Assembly (NCBI GenBank): GCA_037447605.1
Contig: CM074807.1
Span: forward strand, 1-64,000
DNA: 64,000 bases
Direction: 5' to 3'
Source: Zygnema circumcarinatum SAG 698-1b
Lineage: Eukaryota; Plantae; Zygnematophyceae
Shown: positions 10,733 through 23,884 of the stretch, piece by piece
Position numbering within the stretch: position 1 is the stretch's first letter
How the letters are laid out: each line of letters starts with the position of its first letter
Program-made: the position numbers and the translations under genes
Notes under the pieces: generated by a model
The model's database searches: none
What the model was told of the DNA's origin: nothing
Seen by the model: only the letters and a program-made list of their open reading frames with translations

Positions 10733-13700
10733 CTACTCCACTTCTCCCAGGTAGTCGTCAACTTCAGCCGGCGTTAAAATGCTGCTCCCGCATCCAGAAG
10801 AACATTCGCTAGTCAGATCGCTTTCTTTGTACATTAAAGTTTGCAGCGAGGGAAACCAACAGCTCGCTTTGGCGCAGAAGATCATTTCAAGTAGTGCCAT
10901 GCATAAGGTTCAGTCAGCCACCCACCCCACCCCACCCCACCATGCCGGCCCCTGCTACGAGTCTCATCCGCCTGAGATCTACGAAGCCGTCCAACGACAC
11001 GTTGTTCATGCAACTGACTGGCGGGCCCCCCGCCCTCCGCAGGCCAAACTTTCTCTCGCTTCTTCGACCATCCTGGGAGACACACTCACCGAAATTTTTT
11101 GTCTGTCCCGACAATCCCAATTTCGATGTTGCTTCCCGATATTTGCCCTTCAAACCTGTGTCGCGTGCGACCCCAAATAAGATATCAATCAGACCCCCAA
11201 GACATCCGGACGTAAAGGCTTTGCTAATCTGATGGGCAGGAGGAATCGCGAATGCACAGTTGCGCTCATAGTTGGGGTGGCTTCAGAGAGCTCACCCCTC
11301 CTTGAGAGTGAGTATGGCCGTGTGAATGGCGTCCTCCAGCTCCATGTCCTCCGTGTACCTGCACTCCGCAACGCAGAACAGTGCAGCATGAAGCACAAAT
11401 TTACAGCATGCTGAACCTTTGTGAGGAACAAAGACGAAAGGTGATCTGAGCTCGGACACAGGCTGCTTCTGCGACCAAATGCAGCGTGAGCTAACACAAC
11501 AGCAATACCTCTTCTCCAAAAACGTTTTCGCGTTAGTCATGTTCTTCCCGATTGCTGATGCCTTCCACGCAAAGTAGGATCCTGAAGGGTCGACCTGCGA
11601 CCCCACCCTCCGATTCGAGGTAAGCCATACTCGCCCCTCCAGAAGTGACTCGTGCAGTCGGTCATGACTAAAACAACATTTCCCCTACAAAAAGGAATCC
11701 TGTCGTTCAGCACCCTTTCGCCTCTCTGCTGTTGCACACCTGATATAGCTGCGGTCCACTCGAGTCGAAGCCAGCTACCAACAAGGAGACTCCAAACGGC
11801 CGCACACCTCTGATTTCCAATCCCTTCCCTTGCAACAAATGTGAGGGGCAGATCCTGCCCTGGCTCGTTCACGGCCTTGGTTGAACTGCCAAATTCTTTT
11901 ATGGTCCATCGCATCTCAAGGCCCAGGAGTGCGGCAGAGGCTGCTTAGGACATTAACGGCCTTCTTCAGCCGTGTAAGGGATGAGTTACAGCAGACAGCA
12001 AACGTGCTGACGACTGCTAGACGCTTCCGAACGACATAACAAGATGTAGATAGCCAGTATTGGGTAAGAGGAAGGTGTTACCCAGATTGTGTGAACTCCT
12101 GCATGACTGCTGCTGTATCACGGACCAGTTGAGAAACAGGAATAACCTCCTGTACTCCACACACTATCGCACACGATCAAGCTTCTTTTCGGGCACAAAC
12201 AAAAGGTTTGGCAATTATGGCGGGGTCAGTGACTTCTCTAACGAATGGAAGACAGCCACTGACGCTGATACACCGACGTCGATTCATTGGATCACGTTGG
12301 CAAGCAAGTTGGAAAGATCCGGCGATCAGCCGCCTTCCCCTCCTGTCCCTGAAAAAGGTGCGACAATGGATACCTGGTACAGACGCAGGTACGTTTGCGC
12401 TGACTTTCTGCTTTTGCGGACGAGCACCCGCGAATCTGGCCCCATGCCACTGCCCAGCATGGACAGGCCCGACCCATACATATCCCGTCAGCCGAGCGGC
12501 CTCCTTTGCAGGGTGGGACTGCCTCATGTGCAAGTCTGTCGAGCGCAGGAATACGAACTGCTTCTCTGCAGTATCACGCAAGAGCTCTAAGACAGTGCTT
12601 TACCTGTAAACCACTCCTGTGTTCGGTGTCAAGAGCTGAATCTTTTTCACCTGCACATCGTAAGCAGCAATATTGATCCGTGAAACAACAGCTACAGTAG
12701 TAAAAGCGAGGACTCCTTTGCGCTCTTGCAATTGCCAGCATATTTTATCGCCGTGGAACCTGTCTTCAGCCCCTTTCAGCCATTCCGCGGCAGTCAAGGT
12801 TTACTTAAGTCCTGCCATGTTACGTTTCATTTCTTGTCCATTTGCCAATGTCATCAGTCTTCACGCTAAAAATACAATAGATGACCACCGCGCACATACG
12901 AAGCACAACTTTCCAAATGATGCCGGAACAAACTGGATGCGCGAGCTGAACGATAGACGTGCCAATAACAAGATTCCCATATGTGACGTGGAAAGGCGGT
13001 TGTGCGACTCCGAAACACACATTCTCGAGAACAGTTCAGGGACTCCACAAAGGGAACTTAGTGTATTGAATGGCTTTCAGGCAAGCTAGAAGGAAGCAAG
13101 ATTGACAACATCTCCTCCACGCCATCCTGCCATGATAAGAGAGAATTCGATACGAAAAAATACAAAAGCCATCATACCGAGTCTTCATCAATCAGCACAG
13201 ATGGAAGTTTCTTTTCGGTTGCGATCACCACTCCGTTAGTAGCTGCGCAGAAGACCCCGACAAGGAAACAGAATCCGTCAAAAACAAGATCAAAGCACAC
13301 CTACATCCTTCAGAATGAATATAGACAAAAAGTGCCTCCTCCTGTAAACTGCAGTGGTCCAGATGATGACTATCATCACAATTCTAGCACAAAAAATGTC
13401 CAAGGCATGCCCACAAAAAATACCTTTTATGCCAAGGGACGTGGCGCCAGCTGCAACAGCATTCAGTGCATACTCGATCTGCACGAGTTTCCCTGACGGG
13501 CTGTCTCCAGCCAAAGAAGCACGTTACACAGCAGGGGCTGTCAGTCAACTCATCTACCTTCTGCTATTCCATCAAAATTCTTAAAACCCGTGAGCATTGG
13601 CAGCCCGGGCTCTGCAAAAGCTCACGGATGTGCTCTTTGTCTTTCAAATGCAGGATAGCAACCACGCTTGTTACGCTTGAATCTCTAGTACGACTCGGGC

Positions 13701-14612
13701 TTTGGGGTTTTAGGGTTATAGGATTTGGTTTTTTTGTGGTTTAGGGTTTCAACGCAATCTCATGCCTTTCACAAGCCCATAAATCCGCAGCTGTCCATCT
13801 GACACATCCAGCCTGGTTCAGCTAAATGAGTCGGCCGAGCATATCCTCCAAGCCTTTAGGCATTCTCATGATGAAAACCTGACGCATATGTGATGAATAT
13901 GTGGAGTGGCATCTAACTTAACGATCTAACGTGGGAATTAAGGAATGGGGGAGGACAAACTGTCTCAACTGGATTTGTTGATTCCGATTGCATGAACAGA
14001 CAATAGCGTTCTCGTTAAATGCACGTGGCGCTTGACCATCACGTCAAATTAATTTCGACGGTTTTATGTCTGGTATTCCCGTAGAGACAAAGAGGAAGAA
14101 AAAAGGGAAAACAAAAGAAAACATAGCATAGCATGTCTGCTGGTTCCAGCTTCGTAGAGAGCCCAACAGAAGACCGCTTCTTCGACGCGGAAACAGGACT
14201 TCAGCACAAATACTTGACTTGTTCCGTCCAATCTCTCATGGTCGGAGCACTCATAGGCTGCACTTTGGCTGAGAAAACCCTAAGACCTTTCTAGCCCTAG
14301 CGATTGGATCTTCTGCTTGCAAACCCGAGAGAGTATAGAGCCGTAAATGATGGTATAAGTCACCACATCTATCCTCTCAATTCTGACCTCTATCCATGTG
14401 CTCTGTACAAGAACATGAATAAGCGTGTATTGAAAAAGAATGGATCGAAACGTGAGCAAGAGAGACGAGTCAATATACGCTTCCATCACTTCCTACTTCG
14501 GTGGAGGGCATTTTCTGCAAGCAATGGGCAGGAACAGAAACGGATGAACAGGGGAAGAAAAGAGATAGCACCTGAAAGTTGTCAAAGAGAAAGCATATTG
14601 GCTGTCGCCCAT
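10733..14612 (-). CDS. PAB1: 20S proteasome subunit alpha type-2
   Basis: Exons give [127 protein letters not shown]-stop. A 5'UTR intron acceptor lies near 14620. Confidence 0.97.
13700..13750 (+). repeat. Degenerate interstitial telomere-like / telo-box cluster in a PAB1 intron
   Basis: ggggttttagggttataggatttggtttttttgtggtttagggttt. Confidence 0.45.
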
Positions 14613-15326
14613 GGTATGCCTGTCGGATGATCAGCCAAGCGGGTGCAGAGCGCCTTCCGCAACGCTTGTCGGAGATGGCGCAGAGTTGTGTCGACCTCTC
14701 AACTCTGAAGCCGCCTCGCTGCTGCGCGGGGCAGCGCTGGCGCGGGGACGAGTTCTCTGCGACGGAAGGAGCGGGAGGGGCCGCGTGGCGCCTCAGGGCT
14801 GATGGGCGGCGGGCACTCTGCTGCTGCTGATGCTGCTGATGCTGCTGCAGCGGGAGGAAGAGGAGGGGAAGGGGGAGGGGGAGGAGAAAGGGGTGCCAGG
14901 CCCGCGGATTATTCGGAAGGCTGCGCGTTTCATTGCCGGAGTTCGGATATTTGGCGGCGCCATCCTGCGCCGGCTCGCTACAACCCCCCTCCTGCCACGC
15001 TACCGTTTCCCTTGGATTGCTACGGGCAGCCCTTCTACAAAGGCCTCCCTTGGGAACGCAAAGTTTGACGTTTACTCTGCAGAAATGTTTTTTTCTGGAA
15101 ACTGCAGTTGATCTCTGAAGCTGTCTTTGACATCACTGTATGTTTCCTTCCCTTTCCTATGCGTCTTTTACTTTCTTCCTGAGCTATTGGAGCCAGGTTC
15201 TTACTTCCTGAGCCGTCGGAGCCATTGCTCTCACCTGCAGTTTTGCAGAATGCATGTCATGACATGGCGGGAGGCATACTTAGGAAGACTGTAGATTTCC
15301 CAAGCGTTCATCGATAGGGTGTTAAC

Positions 15327-15366
15327 CTATACGATGACATGTTCCCTATACGATGACATGTTCCCT
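15327..15366. repeat. 19-bp tandem duplication (cctatacgatgacatgttc)x2
   Basis: Directly visible. Confidence 0.85.
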
Positions 15367-15547
15367 CTGTTGACCAGGACATTGCTGCCCTACTATATCA
15401 TTTTGGAAATGTCTGATGATCTTGTCGCTGTTTTCCTACATAACTTACCCCCTCCCTAACTTCTCTCCCGTCAAAAGCCTAAAAACTCACTGTTAAACTC
15501 ACTTTGTGCATCGTCCGTTGGTCGTTTTGCCTCCATTTTACGTAGGA

Positions 15548-16690
15548 ATGGCGAGCAGGGTAGTCTGAGGGTCCATCCGGAGAGGGCTTAGAACTGTTTG
15601 GTGAGCTACGACAGATTTCACGTCTGAAAGTCCAAGGATCTGGAGAATGTTGATTTGCAAGTGGTCAGTCTGCTGCCACTATCCAGACTAGCGTCATTTT
15701 CTTGTTTTGAAGCCATTTTAAGTTTTAAAGCCTTTTTCCCCGTTACCGCTTTTCTGCTGGATGGTTATCACATCAGCAGACAGATGCGCCATTTCGACTT
15801 CTATCAAACGGGATATGTACACATTGTGATTGCAAAGATGGTTCACTGTGGCACACTTTTTATCAAACTTGATCCTGAAAGTGGACCAGAATAGCGGCAA
15901 CAGCACCAATTGAAGTGATATTCCTTGCGTTTCACTCAGGTTCCACAAGCCACCTGGGCGGGGTCGCGCCACGTGTGGTTGACCTGTCTTAAGGTCTTTT
16001 ATGAAATGCAAAGCTTTTGGTCAGTAGACTGCGTAAACAATGACCAAGCTTCGCATAACTTATTCTACCTTCAAATGTGCCTGTGTCGTGATCTCTAGAC
16101 CGTGAGACGCTGTTCTTGAAAATGCAGTGGCATCTTTTCCAACGCCCTCGTGTGCTGCGGTTGGGGGCTTTTGGCTTTTGGCCTTTTTCTGATCGAAGTT
16201 TCCGGGTATATCATCTGCGGTTCTGCTCGTGGTGGCGGTGAGGCAGGCTGCCCGCGGCTGAAGAACGGCCCATGCCGACAGGAACAAGCTCTGGTCTTCT
16301 GGTAGGGTCTGGTGTGCTGCGGCTTCCAATTGGTGTGGGTTTCGGATTATCAGCGTATAAGTACAGCTGCCGCCACTCGGCGGTTCCTGGGAGGCGGAGG
16401 CATTCTTGAAGTACTTGTTTGTTGGCCAAAATTAGCGAGGAAGGAGTGTTTTTTTTATACGGCAGAGGTCCTCAAATTCTTCAGGCTTGCACTCGCGTCA
16501 CCTACGTTTGAGTTTCGGTTTGGAAGTTGAGTTCCCACGTCTGAAGGGTCATCCGTTTGGGGCAGTCGCGAACGCTTCGTGGGCGGTGCTTTCGCAGAGG
16601 TTCCTTCCACATGTCGCTTCAAGCGAATGTGAGCGTGTGCGAACGTTAAAAACTATTTGTTGCAGATTAAAACAGGTCACTGAAGTGTGA
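15548..16690 (+). pseudogene. Membrane selenoprotein (MSP)-like gene with in-frame TGA codons; frameshifted, probable pseudogene
   Basis: Exons 15548-15600, 15940-15972, 16128-16237, 16306-16410, ~16468-16599 and 16666-16690, all flanked by AG/GT. Translation: MASRVV(TGA)GSIRRGLRTVWFHKPPGRGRATGIFSNALVCCGWGLLAFGLFLI[fs]KFPGISSAVLLVVAGLVCCGFQLVWVSDYQRISTAAATRRFLGGGGILEVLKFFRLALASPTFEFRFGS(TGA)VPTSEGSSVW[fs]AVANASWAVLSQRLKQVTEV. The family call is from recalled resemblance only. Confidence 0.7.
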
Positions 16691-17420
16691 ATCATTCGTT
16701 TGAAGCCATCTGATCATCGGTTACGGCTCTTTAGCTGTTTTCATCGGTCCGGGCAGTGGCTCCAATGGACGCCTGGGTTGAGAAAGCGAGGGGAGAAGAA
16801 TGAAAGTGAGACGCTGGCGCGAGTGCGCTGCCGGAGCAGCCCGACTCATACTCTGCTCGCGGCGGCACCGCTGCCGTAACACTAACACCCGGAGCACAAA
16901 CACCCGGAGCACAGCTGAGCGTACAGACAAGACCAACCACAAGAAGTGCTATTGAAGAACAACCAGCCTCTTTATACATGCAGCCTGTGGCTCAACACCA
17001 CGGCAGAAAAAATAACATTGCAACAGATGGGACCCTTGTGTCCACGCCACGCCGCAACCACTGTACAGATCTGTAGGTACACGCTGCCGCTGCAGCCCGA
17101 CCAGCCACTAGAGAACTACTCGCTTTCAAAGTGCTTCCTTTCAAAACTCTGCGGCTGAACGGGCAGCAGCCTCCTAAGCAATCCAATCCCGCCCCCATTG
17201 GCGGCGCGAGTGGCCTATTCTCCTCGCGCCGAATTGAAAACGCAATCCCAGCTCCCTCGCGCCTTTCTTTCCTTCCGAGCCGAAGAATGCCGGCTTGGAC
17301 TGGCGGCGAGGCCCTTAATCCACAAAATTGAAAGCTGCACCACCGCTACGACGGCCGTGCTGCCGCCATGGAGGCTCCGACTTGTTCGCACCTCGACAAT
17401 CTATTTTGTCGCTGGTCTTG

Positions 17421-20321
<2,901 letters not shown>

Positions 20322-20477
20322 GGCCGAAGCTCTGCGCTGCCTCTGCCCCTGCCTCCGCGTCTGCCTCGGCGTCTGCTTTTGCCTTTCCCCCCTTTCCCTC
20401 GGCGAAGGAGAGGGAGGGCGCGGGCGGCGCGCGGGCGGGCGGATGAGGCGGGACCGCTGGCCGGCTGGCCGGCTGGC

Positions 20478-20617
20478 TGACGTGGCGGCAGAGGCGCGCG
20501 CCCCCCTGGCCGCGGGCCTTGGGCGCTGTGGGGCGCTCCTCGCACGTGCAAGGATTGCGCGGGCCCGCGCGGGCCACCCGCGGGATTATCCGCTGACTCA
20601 CGCACGCGGCCACGTCA
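20478..20617 (-). promoter_or_regulatory. ACGT-core (ABRE/G-box) cluster upstream of beta-amylase
   Basis: TGACGTGGC at 20478, CACGTG at 20543 and GCCACGTCA at 20609, all within 300 bp of the ATG. Confidence 0.4.
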
Positions 20618-21881
20618 CGCCAGCCCGTACGCAGGTCACGCTGCGGCGCGGGACGGTACGGCGCGGGACGAGGCGGCGTGGTCTGTGTATGGCCTGTTGG
20701 AGATGGTTGTAGCTCTAGACTTCTGCCTCAAGTACTGTAGTTCGCTTGCCCGCCCGCCCGCCCGCCCGCCCGTCCTTGTTCTCGTGGTTTCGCTCGCTCG
20801 GTTGGTCGCAGGGCGTGCCCTCCCTCCGTGTGTTGTGGCGGGCGGGCCGGCCTTCAGAGGGAGGCGGGATGGGGTGCTGACTGTGCGCTGGCAGTCGCAG
20901 GGCGGGGCGGGGCGGGGCGGATGGATGGATGCATGCATGGATGGATGGTCGAACGAAGGCGCGGAGGGCGGTGGGACGGTGGGGCGGCTGCGACTCACTC
21001 CTAGAGACTACTCCTCTCCTCTCCTGCGCTGCGAGGCATCGCCCTGCTCACCCGCGACGAGGGGCCAGAACAACCGTACGGCGTCGTATGCTCGAAAGGT
21101 ACCGACTTCATGCCGCCGAGGGCTTTGGTAAAATAAGAATAATGTTTGCAAAAGTGCACGGCGAAACTCGCTCCGAAATTGACACATGCACATGACATAT
21201 AAAAACTAAATCGAAGAAAACGAATTTGAAAATTGAATTACATATAACGATTTCTATTCGAGGAACGGGAGGATGTGGCAGTGATCTCACATTAGCGATG
21301 CCATCAAATGTACGTGGACAAAATCATCATGAGGAACCACGAGGAACTGGTCGCAAAGGACCTAAGGAGAAAAGAAAGGAAAGAAAAGAAAATTTCTAGT
21401 CGGATTTTTTTCGGGTCATCGGTTAAAGACTTGAAGAACTATAGTTCAGTTAGTGTTCGACACGTCCTTTATGTTGGACAAGTAACCAATTACATTTTGA
21501 CATCTCGCAAGTCAATACGGTTAGGTTGAGTGAGTTCGGAAAAATGATGCTGAACAAAAGGTGGCGTAACGCTGTTCAGGGTTACAGAGGACTTCACAAG
21601 AGTACATGGTTTTGCCACGCAATGTTTGAGAGCTTGGAGGGAAAGTATTGATGGCAATGCAGTCAGTCCATACCAGAGTTTGCCCTACCGTCGCAAGAAT
21701 CTGCACAGGCGCATGTGGATGCACGCACACGTCAGCTACCGACTTTGACCTCGTGGGCAGATTCACGATAGAACTAGCTACTCTCCTCAAAAGTTGAGAA
21801 CCTCCGACATCGCATCCACTGCAACTGACGAGAGGAATCTGGAGCAGTTCAAGCCACCTTACAAGGAAAGGGCTCGCTGGC

Positions 21882-23530
21882 TCATTTGTTCTTGGCAAGC
21901 CACGCCAGAATTTCCTTTTCTGTTGGATCGTCAGTGTCTTTCCGTATGGAACCCTGTCGAGAAAGCACCAAAGCAAGTCAAAAAATCCCATGAACAAGGG
22001 CCCACAGCTGTCAGTCCGTTACTGAGTCGGTACAGCACATGCATTGATCCGAAATAACAGACCAGTTCCAGAGTGTACTCGAATTGATTCCCCGAACCTG
22101 CCCCCACCCCCCTACTCTCCAGCCCAAAGCACATACCGCAAGAAAATTGAAATAATCTGCATAATTTTTCCTGTTGTAGTCCGCCACTCTCTGCAAGAAA
22201 AATGGCAAACATAAGAGCGTTAGTTCTTCTCCATTACTAGTACTGCCTTCTAACGACATAGCACCAGGATTTAAGTAGACGGGTCCCGATGACTGCAAGT
22301 ATGCGGGATGTTCATGTTCATTTTGTACGCTAAGTCTTAGTTCACAATTACAAATGTAGACATAACCTGCATACGCCTATTATGTTTGGCTCTGAGACAG
22401 CATTCGTATTCTGCAAAAGAATAATACTGGCATGACCTCAACATTCAAAACCACGAAACTGTCTGTGCTTCCATAAACAGCCGCATGGCAGCTGGGCTTC
22501 ATGGCAACTGTTCCGCTCTGATGCATGAGCGGAGTATAAGTGTGTGAGTGAGAAATGTGAGTATATGCCTATTTATCTCAGCACCTTCGTATGGCTTCTA
22601 TCAAAGAATCAAAGGATGGACAGGAATCACACGTAGGTGACAGAGGCAGTCTAAGGAAAGCAAGTGGAGGTTGAAAGAACTACATGTCAAAAAAAAGACA
22701 AACAAGGAATGGAATAAAGAAAATTTGCAAGTTACAGCTCCTATTGTCCCGAAAGATACCTGTTGGTCGTTTTTCTCCTTGTTAGCTTTTGACTGTTCTA
22801 ACAGTCCTGCAACACCCCACCCACAATAGTTGACGGTTCTGCAGTGAAGTATGCAAACGATAAATTCGAGATAGGTAATGTAGAAACATTCGAGCGGAGC
22901 ATTTATGAATCGCGGACAGAAGTGGATTAGAAAAAGTTGCAATTGTCAAGTAATAGCCTTGAAATGCAATGCCATGGCTTACGATTTGATCTGCATCTCA
23001 AGGATACCAGATGACAAGAATAAGGACGAGCTGCTACCGAAAGAACAACCCCGGTCATATTGGAAACACATCTCAAAACACACAACGTCAAGCTATTTCA
23101 CGCCAAGCTTAGCCGGTCATGAACCTCGACCCCAAGCCAAATGGATGACAGAAAACGACGTGAAGTTCGGCATCGTGAAGGTCGTGTACTCACTCTTGAT
23201 TAGAGGGTTTTCACTACCACCGCTTGGTGAAGGTGCTGATTCAATTTCCACTGCATTTGCTGCGCTGTACTTCCCAAGATCGTTCGGTATGACCAAAAAT
23301 GATGAAGCAGAGGCTGCAAAGAGGCCGAGAACTGCAGACCTGCGCTGTAGCGAAAAGGCGGTCTCCGAGCATGTTTGTTTCTTGAAGGCTGATGCCACCG
23401 TGGCCGGCGAGCGCGCAACAGCAATACGCTGCAATGAGCGGGCGGGGGGGCTCCTCATCGGAGCCTCCTGAAGACCCTGTGAGGCGGGAGACGTGTTCAG
23501 CGGCAAAGAGCAGAGCAAGGCAGACGCCAT
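21882..23530 (-). CDS. PsaN-related thylakoid lumen protein (4 exons)
   Basis: Bipartite presequence with a twin-Arg signal (QRRSAVLGLFAAS..AANA). Mature region RLLEQSKANKEKNDQQRVADYNRKNYADYFNFLAGSIRKDTDDPTEKEILAWLAKNK-stop resembles the short PsaN-like plant family, not canonical Cys-containing PsaN. Confidence 0.82.
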
Positions 23531-23884
23531 GGCTCCTCACGATCCAGTAGCAAATTCGCTGCAGCGGAAGCTCCCTCTTCCCTGGTTTCTCGCAACACCG
23601 TGGCCCCGCGCTGGTGCGAGTCTCGCGCTGCCCTCAAGCGCAGCTCTGAGCAGGTCTGCCCTCGCCCTGCACACCCGCAACGCTGTTATGCTTCCGCTGG
23701 CGTCGAAGCGACCGCGCCGGGACGGACGAGGCACAGCAGGGAGCAGACGGGCGCCTGTCTCGACGAAGTGCCCCTGTGACCTTTCTGTTCTGCAGAGCAT
23801 TCATCAGTCGGTAGGCCCCTGGGCTCTGTCAGATTTCAGAACGCTTCGCTCTTCATCTCCTTCTCCTCCTGCCAGTCATCACCC

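Noticed and set aside
13868-13930. C/D-box-like motifs (ATGATGA, CTGA, GTGATGA) in a PAB1 intron
   Set aside because: They are antisense to the host gene, with no terminal D box or stem and no recognisable guide sequence.
14579-15118. Short GC-rich plus-strand ORFs
   Set aside because: Better explained as the PAB1 5'UTR intron and the bidirectional promoter.
21120-21520. AT-rich island with TATAAAA, considered as an snRNA/telomerase RNA promoter or a transposon
   Set aside because: No convincing USE, telomere template, TIR or TSD.
22752-22760. U12-like donor GTATCTTT in the PsaN-like gene
   Set aside because: The intron has a U2-type ACTAAC branch point and a polypyrimidine tract.
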